The notes beneath the pieces were generated by a model. The model saw only the letters and a list, made by a program, of their open reading frames with translations. It was not told the origin of the DNA and searched no databases. Position numbers and translations under genes: made by a program. This document shows, in pieces, positions 9,302 to 19,690 of a stretch of DNA of 64,000 nt; the first letter of the stretch is position 1; each line of letters starts with the position of its first letter. The DNA is from Candidatus Multivorans sp. (GTDB taxonomy: Bacteria > Acidobacteriota > Thermoanaerobaculia > Multivoradales > Multivoraceae), in contig OZ245033.1 of the NCBI GenBank assembly GCA_965224025.1, positions 3,040,001 to 3,104,000 on the forward strand. The letters are read 5' to 3'.

Positions 9302-10351
9302 ATGAGTCAAAGCGGGAACGCGTTGAAAGCGGTTCAACTGGGTCGGAAGAGCGGACTCCGAGTGTCGGAGTTGTGCCTGGGGACCATGAACTTCGGCGAG
9401 CCGGGCCGGGGTCACCAGGGCGACTGGACCCTGGACATGGATGCGTCGCGCCCGATCTTCCAGGCCGCGGTCGAGCATGGCCTGTTCTACTTCGATTGCG
9501 CCGACATCTATGGCATCGGCGCCTGCGAGCGGGTCGTCGGTTCGCTCCTGCGGGAACTGCTTCCGCGGGACGAGTACGTCCTCTCGACCAAGGTCTCCAT
9601 GCCGATGGGCAGATCGCCGAACCAGGGCGGACTGTCGCGAAAGCACATCATGGAGGGGGTCGACGGCTGCCTGAAGCGGCTCGGCCTCGACTACGTCGAC
9701 CAGTTGATCATCCACCGCCACCCGCACGGCATTCCCGGCCAGGTCAGGGCGCCGATCGAGGAGACGATGGAGGCTCTGCACGACGTCGTCAAGGCCGGCA
9801 AGGCGCTGTACCTGGGCGGCTCGTCGATGTACGCGTGGCAGTTCGTGGAGCTCCAGATGACGGCGCGGCACAACGGCTGGACCGAGTTCGTCTCGATGCA
9901 GAACCACTACAACCTGGTGTACCGGGAGGAAGAGCGGGAGATGAACCCCTACTGCGCCCGGACGGGCGTTGCGCTGACGCCGTGGTCGCCGCTGGCGCGC
10001 GGCATCCTCACGGGCTCCTACAGGGGCAGCTTCGATGAGGGGGGCACCGACCGCTCGAAGGGCGGCGACCGGGCGCGCACGGAGGGCCTGTACAGGGGCG
10101 CCGCGACCTTCGATATCGCCGACCGCGTGGTCGAGGTGGCGAAGAAGTACGGCCGCACGCCGGCGCAGATTTCGCTTGCCTGGCTGGTGAACAAACCCGA
10201 GGTCTGCGCACCGGTCGTGGGCGTGTCGAAGGTGGGTCAGCTCGAGCAGCTTGTCCAGGCGACGAAGATCGAGCTGGAAGCGGCCGATGTCGAGTACATG
10301 GAGGAGCTGTACCAGCCGGTGGAGAACCTGCTGGCGCTTGGGCATTCCTGA
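9302..10351 (+). CDS. Aldo/keto reductase (YajO/Tas-like)
   Basis: GLRVSELCLGTMNFG, FDCADIYG, LKRLGLDYVD, MQNHYNL and PWSPLARG motifs. Confidence 0.95.
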   Translation: MSQSGNALKAVQLGRKSGLRVSELCLGTMNFGEPGRGHQGDWTLDMDASRPIFQAAVEHGLFYFDCADIYGIGACERVVGSLLRELLPRDEYVLSTKVSMPMGRSPNQGGLSRKHIMEGVDGCLKRLGLDYVDQLIIHRHPHGIPGQVRAPIEETMEALHDVVKAGKALYLGGSSMYAWQFVELQMTARHNGWTEFVSMQNHYNLVYREEEREMNPYCARTGVALTPWSPLARGILTGSYRGSFDEGGTDRSKGGDRARTEGLYRGAATFDIADRVVEVAKKYGRTPAQISLAWLVNKPEVCAPVVGVSKVGQLEQLVQATKIELEAADVEYMEELYQPVENLLALGHS

Positions 10352-10436
10352 GGAGGTTGCGTCCGCGCGGCGCGGCGCACTCCCAGGCGCTATCATCGGC
10401 ACCGGTCTTCGCGCTCCGACAGAGGGGGAACTCCGG

Positions 10437-12293
10437 TTGCAGCATCGCGCCCTTCCAGGAATTCGCGCGGCAGCGGTGGTCGCCTGCGCGCTTTCGCTCG
10501 CGGCGCCGGCCCTTGGCGCGCCGGTCGACTCCGCAGTGCATGCCTGGATCGGCGACCTCGAAGCCCTCGCTGAAGCGGAGTTCGGCTACGAGCAGGCGGC
10601 GCATCTGCTGGAACGCGCCGGTTTCGGCGGTACGCCGGTGCAGATCGAGGAGCTTGTTGCCTTGGGCCTCGAGGGTGCGGTCGCGAGGCTGGTCGACTAC
10701 GAGTCGATCGACGATTCCGGTCTCGAGGCGTTCGACGAGTCGGGAATCTGGGACGTTGGGATGGACCCGTTCCCGGCCAGCCGCGCCCAGGCGGTGCGGA
10801 TAGGGCGCCGGAACGGCCATGCCCTGGGCGTCGACGTGCTGCCGGAGGGTTCCTCGCGGCCGCTCCAGCCGGTGGTCGACAAGTTCTTCTACGGTCTGCG
10901 CAGCAACGTCCTGGAAACGCGGCGGCTGGCGCTGTGGTGGGGCGACCGCATGGTCGCGACGCCGCGGCCGCTCGAAGAGAAGATGACCCTCTTCTGGCAC
11001 GACCACTTCGCGACCTCGGAGGTCAAGGTCCGCGACGTCCGGAAGATGGCCGTGCAGAACCGGACCCTGCGCGCCCACGCCACCGGCGACTTCCGCGGTC
11101 TGGTGCTCGCGGTCATGCGCGACCCGGCGATGCTGGTCTACCTGGACAACCGGGAGAACGTGAAGGACCACCCGAACGAGAACTTCGGCCGGGAGCTGCT
11201 CGAGCTGTTCACGATGGGCCTGAACAACCTGGGAAACGCGAGCAACTACACCGAGCAGGACATCCGGGAGGCGTCGCGGGCGTTCACCGGCTGGACCAAC
11301 GAGGTGCTCGATTTCCGCTTCGACGCCGAACTTCACGACGACGGAGCGAAGACGTTTCTGGGGCGCGAGGGCAACCTGGGCGGTGAGGACGTGCTCGACA
11401 TCATTCTCGAACAACCGGCGACGGCGGAGTTCATCGCCGGCAAGGTGTACCGCTACCTCGTTCGCGAGGATCTGGAGCCCGCGCTCCAGGCGGAACTGGG
11501 ACGCCGCCTTCGGGAGTCCGGATACGAGCTGAAGGCCCTGTTGGGAATGATCCTCTCGTCGCGCGACTTCTACAGTCCGCCGTCGGTCGCGACGCAGATC
11601 AAGAGTCCGGTTCAGCTAGTCGTTTCGACCTATCGCAAGCTCGGGGTCAAGACGGCGCCCACGGTGCCGGATTTGGGCAGCCTGACCGGGCGCCTGGGGC
11701 AGCAGTTGCTCTACCCGCCGAACGTCGCCGGCTGGGCCGGCGGTCGGACCTGGATCACGCCGGCGACGTTGCTCGAACGCGGCAACGCGATGCGTTCCGT
11801 GCTCTTCCCGCCCAGGCTCGAGGAGTTCGGACATCCGGACCGGCGCATGCCGGGCATCTACCGGCAGGTCGGCGAGCGACTGGCGCGGGGAATGACGATC
11901 ACCGCGGCCACGAAGCTGGGCGATGCGGCCTCGAACGCGATGGCCGACGCCGACGAGGAGTACAACACGCGTTACGGCGGCTACCGCGGCTACGCGATGG
12001 CGTACGAGCGGGTCAAGCTTGTGCCGCGTCATGTCCTGGACGTGGACCTGAGGGCGATGGTTCTGGCGGCCGGAGCGACCGACGCGGAGGGCGCTGTCGA
12101 CCATCTGCTGCGCCGGTTCCTGCGCGTGCCGGTGACCGACCCGGGCCGCCAGGCGATGGTGGACTACCTGGCGGCGGAACTCGATTCGACCGGGCTGGAC
12201 GAAGAAACCGAGGGCGTCTCGGCGAAGGTGGAGAAGGCGCTCCGCTCGACGCTCTACCTCATCTTCAGTTCGCCGGAGTACCAGTTGGGCTGA
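10437..12293 (+). CDS. DUF1800 domain-containing protein
   Basis: AAHLLERAGFG, EKMTLFWHDHFAT, PAMLVYLD, PNENFGRELLELFTMG, PPNVAGW and SPEYQL; TTG start inferred from the RBS. Confidence 0.92.
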   Translation: MQHRALPGIRAAAVVACALSLAAPALGAPVDSAVHAWIGDLEALAEAEFGYEQAAHLLERAGFGGTPVQIEELVALGLEGAVARLVDYESIDDSGLEAFDESGIWDVGMDPFPASRAQAVRIGRRNGHALGVDVLPEGSSRPLQPVVDKFFYGLRSNVLETRRLALWWGDRMVATPRPLEEKMTLFWHDHFATSEVKVRDVRKMAVQNRTLRAHATGDFRGLVLAVMRDPAMLVYLDNRENVKDHPNENFGRELLELFTMGLNNLGNASNYTEQDIREASRAFTGWTNEVLDFRFDAELHDDGAKTFLGREGNLGGEDVLDIILEQPATAEFIAGKVYRYLVREDLEPALQAELGRRLRESGYELKALLGMILSSRDFYSPPSVATQIKSPVQLVVSTYRKLGVKTAPTVPDLGSLTGRLGQQLLYPPNVAGWAGGRTWITPATLLERGNAMRSVLFPPRLEEFGHPDRRMPGIYRQVGERLARGMTITAATKLGDAASNAMADADEEYNTRYGGYRGYAMAYERVKLVPRHVLDVDLRAMVLAAGATDAEGAVDHLLRRFLRVPVTDPGRQAMVDYLAAELDSTGLDEETEGVSAKVEKALRSTLYLIFSSPEYQLG

Positions 12294-12325
12294 GGGCGCC
12301 CGCAGCCAGGAACCAAGGAGCCGAC

Positions 12326-13582
12326 ATGCCTGAACGACTACCCTGCGGCTGCTCGCGGCGCGGCTTTCTGCGCCGGGGCCTCTACGGCATCGGCGTTGCC
12401 GCCGGCCTGCCGGCGGTGCTGGGCCGGGCTTCCGCGGCGCTCGCGTTCGAGGAACTGCAAGGCGGCGTCACGGACGCGTCGCGACGGATCCTCGTCGTGG
12501 TCGAGCTGTCCGGCGGCAACGACGGCCTGAACACGGTCGTCCCGTTCCGCAACGACGAGTACTACCGGGTCCGGCCGAACCTCGGCATCCGCCCGCGGCA
12601 GGTGATCGGGCTCACCGAAGAGGCCGGGTTCCATCCGTCGCTGAGCGGCATGGAACGCCTGTACAAGGAGGGGCAGATGGCGGTGGTCGAAGGCTGCGGT
12701 TACCCGAATCCCAGCCTCTCCCACTTTTCGTCGATGGGCTTCTGGCACACGGGCGTACCGAACGGCGGCGAGGCCCTCGGCTGGCTCGGCCGCCTCGCCG
12801 ACGATCACGGTCCCGACGGCACCCCGAACTACATCGTCAACGTGGCCAGGTCGCAGTCCCTCGCGGTGCGAGCCGCCCGCCACTCTCCCCTGGTCTTCGA
12901 CGATCCGGGCCGTCTGCGGCGTCAGGGCACGCCGCGGCAGAAGCGGGCGCTCGCGCAGCTCGGCAGCGACGAGACCAGCGGCAACGATGCCCTCGACTTC
13001 CTGCGCGGCACGGCCGCGGACGCCGCCTCGAGCGCGGCTCTGGTGCGCGACGCCTGGTCCGGCTACAGGACGCCGGTGGACTACGGCATCGGCGGGCTCG
13101 GCGCCGACCTTCGCAAGGTCGCGGCCCTGATCCAGGCCGAGCTGCCGACTCGCATCTACTACGTCAGCTTCCGCGGCAACTCCTTCGACACCCATGTCCA
13201 CCAGGCCGACACCCACGCCCGCCTGCTCATGTACATGTCCGACGCCGTCGCGGGCTTCATTCGCGATGTCGAACGGATCGGCCGCGCCGACGACGTGGCG
13301 GTGCTCATGTTCACCGAGTTCGGACGGCGAGTGGAGGAGAACGGCAGCCTCGGCACCGACCACGGCACCGCCGGACCGATGTTCGTCGCCGGCAAGGGCG
13401 TTTCCGGCGGCTTCTACGGCGACATGCCCAGCCTCACCGACCTCGACGACGGCAACCTCAAGATGACCACCGACTTCCGGCGCGTCTACGCATCGATGAT
13501 CGAGGGCTGGATGGGCATGGACGATGCCTCCGCAGTTCTCAAGGGCGAGTTCCCGGCGCTGCCTGTGTTCGGCGTGACGTAG
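12326..13582 (+). CDS. DUF1501 domain-containing protein (Tat signal)
   Basis: SRRGFL, LSGGNDGLN, FDTH, EFGRR..ENGS.GTDHG; canonical partner of DUF1800. Confidence 0.93.
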   Translation: MPERLPCGCSRRGFLRRGLYGIGVAAGLPAVLGRASAALAFEELQGGVTDASRRILVVVELSGGNDGLNTVVPFRNDEYYRVRPNLGIRPRQVIGLTEEAGFHPSLSGMERLYKEGQMAVVEGCGYPNPSLSHFSSMGFWHTGVPNGGEALGWLGRLADDHGPDGTPNYIVNVARSQSLAVRAARHSPLVFDDPGRLRRQGTPRQKRALAQLGSDETSGNDALDFLRGTAADAASSAALVRDAWSGYRTPVDYGIGGLGADLRKVAALIQAELPTRIYYVSFRGNSFDTHVHQADTHARLLMYMSDAVAGFIRDVERIGRADDVAVLMFTEFGRRVEENGSLGTDHGTAGPMFVAGKGVSGGFYGDMPSLTDLDDGNLKMTTDFRRVYASMIEGWMGMDDASAVLKGEFPALPVFGVT

Positions 13583-13712
13583 GCTTCGCGGGCCGGAAGG
13601 ATCATCCGGCTGCGAGGACCAGAGCCGGAACTGAAACCGGACGGCACGGGAGGCCGCTGAGCGGGATGGACAAGCGGGATCTGACCGAGCTTGGTGTTGC
13701 GAGGGCCGGCGC

Positions 13713-14860
13713 ATGACTCGCGTACCGGTAGCCGCGGAGATGCTCCGCTGGGCCTGCGAGCGCTCCGGTCGCGGCATGGCGGACCTCGCCGCCCGTGTTC
13801 CTCAGCTTCCGGCCTGGGTTCGAGGCGAGAGACAGCCGACGCTCAAGCAGTTGGAGAAGCTTGCCACGGCTACGCGGACGCCGTTCGGCTATCTGTTCCT
13901 GGCCGCGCCGCCGGAGGAGCGTCTTCGGTTCCCGACTTTCGCACCGTGTGGGGTGCTTCCCGGGCGAGACCGAGCCCCGACCTGCTGGACACGCTGTACA
14001 GCATGCAACGTCGCCAGGAGTGGCTCCGGGAGTGCTTGATTGAGAGCGACGTGGAACCGCTGTCGTTCGCTGGAAGCGCCCGCCTGACGGATGACCCGGC
14101 CTCCGTGGGTCGGGAGATGCGTCGAGCACTCGGCCTCGATGGCGGTTGGGCCGCGGGAGTGAGCACCTGGCGGGACGCCGTGAGCGAGCTTCGCCGGGCC
14201 ATCGAGCAAGTCGGCGTGATGGCGGTGATCAACGGAGTAGTCGGGAACAACACGAGCCGGAAGCTGAGCGTGGAGGAGTTCCGCGGCTTCGCGCTCACGG
14301 ATCCCTATGCGCCGTTGATCTTCGTGAACGGCGCTGACGCCAAGTCGGCGCAGATGTTCACCCTCGCCCACGAACTGGCCCACATCTGGCTTGGCACGGC
14401 GGGCGTCTCCGGCTTCGAGTCTTTGTTCCCTGGCGGCTCGGACGTGGAGGACTGGTGCAACGCGGCCGCGGCTGAACTCCTCGTCCCTTCGGAGGAACTT
14501 GCATCGCGTTGGCACGAGGTGAAGAGGGGTCCAAGGCCGTTCGAGACGCTCGCCCGGGCGTTCAAGGTGAGTCCGGTCGTTGCCGCCCGCCGAGCCCTGG
14601 ACCTGAGTTTTGTCGGCCGCGACGCCTTTCACGACTTCTACAGGGAGTACGTCAGACACGATCTCGCGGGTGGCGCGAGTTCCACCGGGGGCAACTTCTA
14701 CAACAACCAGAACACTCGTGTCGGCGAGCTGTTCGCGTCCCATGTGCTCCGTGCGGCGATGGAGGGCCGCATCGGATTCAAGCAAGCCTACGACCTGACT
14801 GGCATGCGTGGAGGAACCTTCCAGAAGTACGCGAGGCGACTAGGAGTGAATCTCCCATGA
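13713..14860 (+). pseudogene. XRE-HTH + ImmA/IrrE (M78) metallopeptidase, frameshifted near 13928
   Basis: N-terminal HTH (PTLKQLEKLA..PFGYLFL) and FTLAHELAH are in different frames; a 1-nt deletion breaks ERLPVPDFRT. Confidence 0.85.
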
Positions 14861-15380
14861 CGAACGGCACGACCTACCTCGTGGACTCGGATGTGTTCAT
14901 CACGGCGAAGAACCTCTACTACGCGTTCGGCCTTTGCCCCGGGTCTGGAAGAGCGTTCTGCACCACCACCGGAAGGGCCGGATCTTCAGCGTCGACAGGG
15001 TTCGCAGCGAACTCCTCGCGGGCAGCGAGACAGAGGATCTCGTGCGGTGGGTCAAGGGAGAAGTTCCACGGGAGTTCTTCCTCCCGGTGGATGCCGATGC
15101 TGTCGTGAGTGCCTACACCGAGATCATGATGTGGGTACAGCGCCACGGGAGGTACTTCGACCACGCCAAGGCGAAGTTCGCCACGGGCGCGGACGGCTGG
15201 TTGGTCGCCTGTGCATGGGTTCAGGGCGCCGCCGTGGTCACGAACGAACGGGAGGCGCCGGAGTCCCGGAGGGAGATCAAACTGCCCGACGTGTGCGAGG
15301 AGTTCGGTGTGGAGCACCCCAACGTCTTCGAGATGCTTAGGGCGCTGGACGTCCAGTTCGACTGGGCGGAGGACCGTTGA
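14857..15380 (+). pseudogene. DUF4411-family PIN-like protein, frameshifted near 14944
   Basis: YLVDSDVFITAKN.YY..CPG[F]W, ADGWLVA, VVTNE and IKLPDVC; ATGA overlap with the ImmA gene. Confidence 0.85.
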
Positions 15381-15402
15381 GCGACCCTAGAAGGTCTGCG
15401 AG

Positions 15403-16035
15403 CTACCGGATCTCGACGTAGCGCGCGAGCCGCTCGACCTCGTCGTCGTCGACGTACTTGACAATCTCGCGGCGGAACCGGGCCATCGCCTCGTAGGGCC
15501 GATACTCCTCGAACTCGTGCCGCATCCGGCGGCCCACGCCGGGGATGCTCAGGATGTCCTCGCCCGAGGCGGTGTTCAGGTCGATGCGGACGTACACGTA
15601 CTGAGCGAGTCTCTCGACCTCGTCGTGGTCGACGTACTTGCCGATCTCCCGGTGGAACTGGGCCAGCGCGGTGTAGGGGCGGTACTCCTCGAACTCATGG
15701 GTCATCCGCCGGCCGACGCCCGGGATGAGGCCGATTTCCTCGGAGGTCGCGTTGGTCAGGTCGATGGGGACCCAGATCGCGCCGTAGATTGAGTCGAACC
15801 CGTCCTCGGCGACGTGTTTGGAGATCACGGCGTGGAGGTCCGCGGCGCGCAGGAAGGGACGGCCGTCGAATAGAGCCTTGACCGCGTCACCGTCGAGGCC
15901 GCTGATTGCCGCGAGTTCCTCCTCGCTGGCGAGGTTCGGGTTCAGCAGGCCGTTGTTGGCGCCGACCTGTGCGGCGGCGGGGATGGCGAAGATCAACAGG
16001 ACCGTCGTGATCCACATTAGGGCCGAGCGTTTCAT
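15403..16035 (-). CDS. Secreted helix-hairpin-helix (ComEA-like) protein with an internal duplication
   Basis: Signal peptide; NLASEEEL; two copies of IDL(T/N).A..E.I..IPGVGRRM.HEFEEYRPY. Confidence 0.85.
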   Translation of the reverse strand: MKRSALMWITTVLLIFAIPAAAQVGANNGLLNPNLASEEELAAISGLDGDAVKALFDGRPFLRAADLHAVISKHVAEDGFDSIYGAIWVPIDLTNATSEEIGLIPGVGRRMTHEFEEYRPYTALAQFHREIGKYVDHDEVERLAQYVYVRIDLNTASGEDILSIPGVGRRMRHEFEEYRPYEAMARFRREIVKYVDDDEVERLARYVEIR

Positions 16036-16065
16036 GTCGAGATGCGTCCTCGTGTGGCTAGTGGG

Positions 16066-16542
16066 TTAGTTGTGCGGGGCGGCAGGGTCCGCCGCGTCGC
16101 CGTCAGGTGACGTGGCGGCGGAGCCACCGCCGGCCGCGGGGTGCTGGAGGGCGATCAGTATACCCAGCATGCCGAGGAGGATCATTGCCCCCGGAGCCAG
16201 GGTCGGCATGGCGCCTCCGAGACTCTCCGTGACGAGTTCGAATCCGCTGGAGTTCGGGTGGAGCTCACGCTCGAACTCGACATTCGACTGCTAGTGGAAG
16301 TAGACGTCCAGCAGGCCCGCCGGCACGTGCGCCGCCAGCAGGATTCTGAATGCTTGAATAGACCCTCGGGAAGGACGCACCGCCAGCCACACACCGGACA
16401 GAGTTCCACTCACCAGAAGCACCAGAGGGATCCACTGCCTCCAATCCACGCAATGGTCCAGCAGATACAGCTCCGCCAGTAGACCCACCGCCCCGAAGAG
16501 CAGGATGTACAGCAGGTACCGCCGCCAGGCCTCGATCATCAC
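16066..16542 (-). pseudogene. 4-TM membrane protein with a premature TAG at 16291-16293
   Basis: ELYLLDH..QWIP..VYFH*QSNVEFERE..GAMPTLAPGAM continues in frame to TAA at 16066. Confidence 0.7.
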
Positions 16543-16622
16543 GGAGTTCCGAATCGCCCCCTCACGACGACCCTACCCCCATACGAGGGGGCCGCACGCA
16601 GCCGACCGACGACCTCCAGCCT

Positions 16623-16718
16623 GCGGAGGGGTTCAGGGGGACGGGTCCCAGGTGGCTCGGAGCGAGCGACGCCCGACGCCTTGCAAGCGGCCGACGCCCA
16701 TCCCGAGCGAGCGGAGTG
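16623..16718 (+). repeat. One half of a ~160-bp palindromic repeat (MITE/REP-like)
   Basis: 16623-16654 is the reverse complement of 22732-22763 (31/32 match); the interior aligns to the reverse complement of 35135-35210. Confidence 0.85.
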
Positions 16719-16726
16719 CAGTTAGG

Positions 16727-16873
16727 TGCTCCGATGAGGGCATCGAGCGTGAGCTGGCGGAACGGGCCCTGGCCCACGCGGTCGGGAGCCAGGTCGAGCA
16801 GTGCTACGCCCGTAGCGACGTGCTGGAGCGCCGCCGAGAGGTCATGGAGGCCTGGGGCGCGTTCCTGGTCGAG
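16727..16873 (+). pseudogene. Tyrosine integrase (P4-like) C-terminal remnant, copy 1
   Basis: CSDEGIERELAERALAHAVGSQVEQCYARSDVLERRREVMEAWGAFL contains the box III LAH and the catalytic Tyr. Confidence 0.85.
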
Positions 16874-17060
16874 TCGGTGCTAGCGGCGGTGGCGGAAGTC
16901 GGATGTCTCGTCCGCCGGGTGTCCGACTCGAAAGGTACCAAGACCCCACAGTGCTACGCGCGCTTCGCCCGCTCCGCCCGTGGAGCTAGCGAGGGAGGGC
17001 CTGCGGCCCCCCTTCGAACCCCCCCGGCGCGTTCTGTTGCCGCGAGTGAGAATCGACGCG

Positions 17061-17240
17061 ACCATGCACGCGTTCCGCAGTTCGTTCCGGTCCTCGTGTT
17101 CCCGCCGAGGGGATTGACCGGGAGCTGGCGGAGCAGGCCCTGGCTCACGCGGTCGGGAGCCAGGTCGAGCAGTGCTATGCCCGCAGCGACGTGCTAGACA
17201 GTCGCCGGGAGATCATCGAGTCCGGCGCGTTCCTGGTCAG
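17061..17240 (+). pseudogene. Tyrosine integrase C-terminal remnant, copy 2
   Basis: TMHAFRSSFR (HxxR)..IDRELAEQALAHAVGSQVEQCYARSDVL, with indels. Confidence 0.85.
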
Positions 17241-17300
17241 ATTCGGTCGCCGACAGGGCACGGAACCGGCTTTCCCGGTCGGCGCCACTGAGTCGGCCCA

Positions 17301-18044
17301 CTATGACTTCCGCGCTGGCATCTGACTCTCCTCCAGCCGGAGCTCGGTAGCGACGGGCGGCTGAGTAGTGCTGAGAATCACGACGCGGTTCCAGGGAGCT
17401 CTCACCAGAATCTGACGCCGCACTTCGTCCGCTTCGTGGGAGTCCATTGGTGCGTGACCAATGTGGTCTACGAGTACGAGCCACAGTTGTTCATACTTGC
17501 CGCCCATCGCCCCGAGCTTCTTGGTCTTGCTGGCTACCGTCATGGGGATTCTCGAGAGGTACTCACGAACCGGGTACCTTCCCTCTCCCGAGTTGACGGT
17601 ACCTACTCTGTACTGAGGCTCGCTGCTGGAACGGCAGGCGGGCACCAAATCGAGACTGACCCCGCAAGGGAGGCAGATCCTCCCGGGATCCCAAAGGGCC
17701 TTCCGCGCCTGTTGCGTCACAGTGCGCCTGCTCGGAAGCTCCTTCTTCATGTCGTACTTAGCGACGGCGCTGTAGGACGGATGCCAGCGCGGAGGTTTGA
17801 TCTCCTCAAAGAGGACCTCCAGCGTTCTCCTCAGGGCCTGTTTCCGGCGACGGCCGTCGTCGTCATCCTCCTGTGTGTGCAGGCGGGTCACTTCGACACC
17901 GTACTTGCCGTCAACCAAGAAGTCAGGTGGATCGTCACAGATCTTCTTGACGGTGTGGCCCAGGTCTTCAAGCCACTGGCGTGCTTGTTTCTCGTCTAAG
18001 TTCTCAGATCGACAGGGGTTGTCGGTGACAGAATTGTGGCACAT
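17301..18044 (-). CDS. Hypothetical protein with a possible PD-(D/E)XK nuclease fold
   Basis: AAGGGAGG RBS; E..A..L..G..V....DPPDFLVDGKYGVEVT motif. Confidence 0.55.
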   Translation of the reverse strand: MCHNSVTDNPCRSENLDEKQARQWLEDLGHTVKKICDDPPDFLVDGKYGVEVTRLHTQEDDDDGRRRKQALRRTLEVLFEEIKPPRWHPSYSAVAKYDMKKELPSRRTVTQQARKALWDPGRICLPCGVSLDLVPACRSSSEPQYRVGTVNSGEGRYPVREYLSRIPMTVASKTKKLGAMGGKYEQLWLVLVDHIGHAPMDSHEADEVRRQILVRAPWNRVVILSTTQPPVATELRLEESQMPARKS

Positions 18045-18128
18045 TGGGGCCTCCCTTAGGGTTGCCGTGGTTCGTAGAGGTGTTGCCGAAGGCTGTGGGT
18101 CGACGAGGATTCTTGCGCGGTTCGGCAG

Positions 18129-18153
18129 GCAACGCATCGGTTCGATGCGTTGC
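18129..18153. terminator. Perfect 11-bp hairpin at the end of the TonB-domain gene
   Basis: gcaacgcatcg-gtt-cgatgcgttgc; no strong U tract. Confidence 0.45.
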
Positions 18154-19109
18154 TAGAATCCGTAGGACACCCTTACGTCTGTGTGAGTCCTGATCGGTTG
18201 GCCGTTTGCCGTAGCAGGTCGGTACTTCCACTTCCTGACTGTCGCCACAGCCATAGCAGTGGTTTGCTCTTCAGCAGAGCGTCGTCGTTCAGCATAGCCG
18301 CGACGCTCCTTCGCATACGCTCGACCGATGTAGGCTTCTCTCGTTACCTCGACATCCACAACCTCTCCACTCTCGGAGATTGTGAGACGAAGGTCCAGCC
18401 AGCCTCGAACACGGGCTCTTCGGGCTTCCTTCGAGAACGGCGGATCGGCGCCACTGATCTTCTCGGGCGGCACCATGATTGGGTCGGCTTTCGCGATCTC
18501 GGGTTCCACCCGAGGGCAGGCGGGGCCGTTGAGGAACGCCTCGACGACCTCTCGCTCGGGTTCGCCGAACGGCAGCCGCCAGACCGCCGTTGAGTTGTCG
18601 GAGTGACGGGCCTCGAACGCGAGTGTGGTGCCGGCCCACGCGGCCGACTCCTGCACGAACAGAGTGTGCGGCGGGTCGGTGGCGTTCTGCACCTGTCCGT
18701 TCAGGATCACCCTCGTTGGGCGCAGCGGTTCGCCGGACACCGGGATGCCGTTCGAGTTGACCCGACCTCGATCCGTGACGACCTGCACCACACCGTCGCA
18801 GTACACGAGAAGCATGGCTGTGTAGAACCCCGGCGTACTCGCGCTCGCTTCCGAGTACATGGGGGATCGGAGGTGACACGAACCCATCTGCCCCGTCAAG
18901 TCGTCGTGGTCGCAGATCTCACTCCACGACGAAACTTCGCGCACCGTCGGGTGGTTCTTCTCGTCCTCCCGAAGCGCGGCTTTCATGACCGGGTGGTCGT
19001 AAGTGAGCTGGCTGACTGGCAGTTCTGCTGACCGGCGCGACTCCGCTTCCTGCCCTTCAGACGCCGAAGCAGCTAGTAGCGCGAGGGGCAGAACCGCGAC
19101 TGCGGCCAT
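18153..19109 (-). CDS. Secreted protein with a C-terminal TonB domain
   Basis: Signal peptide; PPEKISGADPPF..ARRARVRG....LTISESGEV..AVRKWKYRPAT.NGQPI. Confidence 0.75.
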   Translation of the reverse strand: MAAVAVLPLALLAASASEGQEAESRRSAELPVSQLTYDHPVMKAALREDEKNHPTVREVSSWSEICDHDDLTGQMGSCHLRSPMYSEASASTPGFYTAMLLVYCDGVVQVVTDRGRVNSNGIPVSGEPLRPTRVILNGQVQNATDPPHTLFVQESAAWAGTTLAFEARHSDNSTAVWRLPFGEPEREVVEAFLNGPACPRVEPEIAKADPIMVPPEKISGADPPFSKEARRARVRGWLDLRLTISESGEVVDVEVTREAYIGRAYAKERRGYAERRRSAEEQTTAMAVATVRKWKYRPATANGQPIRTHTDVRVSYGF

Positions 19110-19690
19110 CGTTCTGGCCGTCCGCTCAGCTACGGAGAATCCCCTGACGGCGAGGGGCCGAGCGGCCTCATCTCGGCAACGAGTAACCCTTGTTGGGGGG
19201 TACCGTTCCGGTCCTCCGCCATACGGAGAGCGCTGCATCTGAGCCTCCTATACCCAGAAGGCAGAATAGCAGCCCCGCATTCCGCCCGATAGCCGGCGGG
19301 CACCGCCCAGGCCATGAATGGAGGCTCCTCGGCGCTGTTTGCCGACACGCCGACTGGTGCCGGGCCGTGTAACGCACCGTGCGCACAGGTAACTGATCCC
19401 GCTTATTCGCCGCGCTTGAGCACGGAACCCACGACCCCGACGCGAGCCCGTTCACCGACTGTTGTATTCCACAGGCGACCCGACGTGGGGAACCTGCACA
19501 CACTTGCGTTACCGCACCAGCGTAGCGGACGTGGGAGACGCCCTGGCGACTCAGCTGTCAATGGCAACTGAAACCGGTCACGGCCTGGGCGCGCTCCGCG
19601 TCCAGTAGTCGCCGGCGCAGAACTCGTGCACGGCCCTGGCGGCGCTCAGTGGCGCGTCTGGCCTCCGAGCCTTCCCGCAGGGATCAACTC

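Noticed and set aside
16721-16727. GTTAGGT (GTTRRRY) at the island's left junction, suggesting an integron attC
   Set aside because: No matching RYYYAAC at a suitable distance, no repeated attC sites, and the integrase remnants are P4-like rather than IntI.
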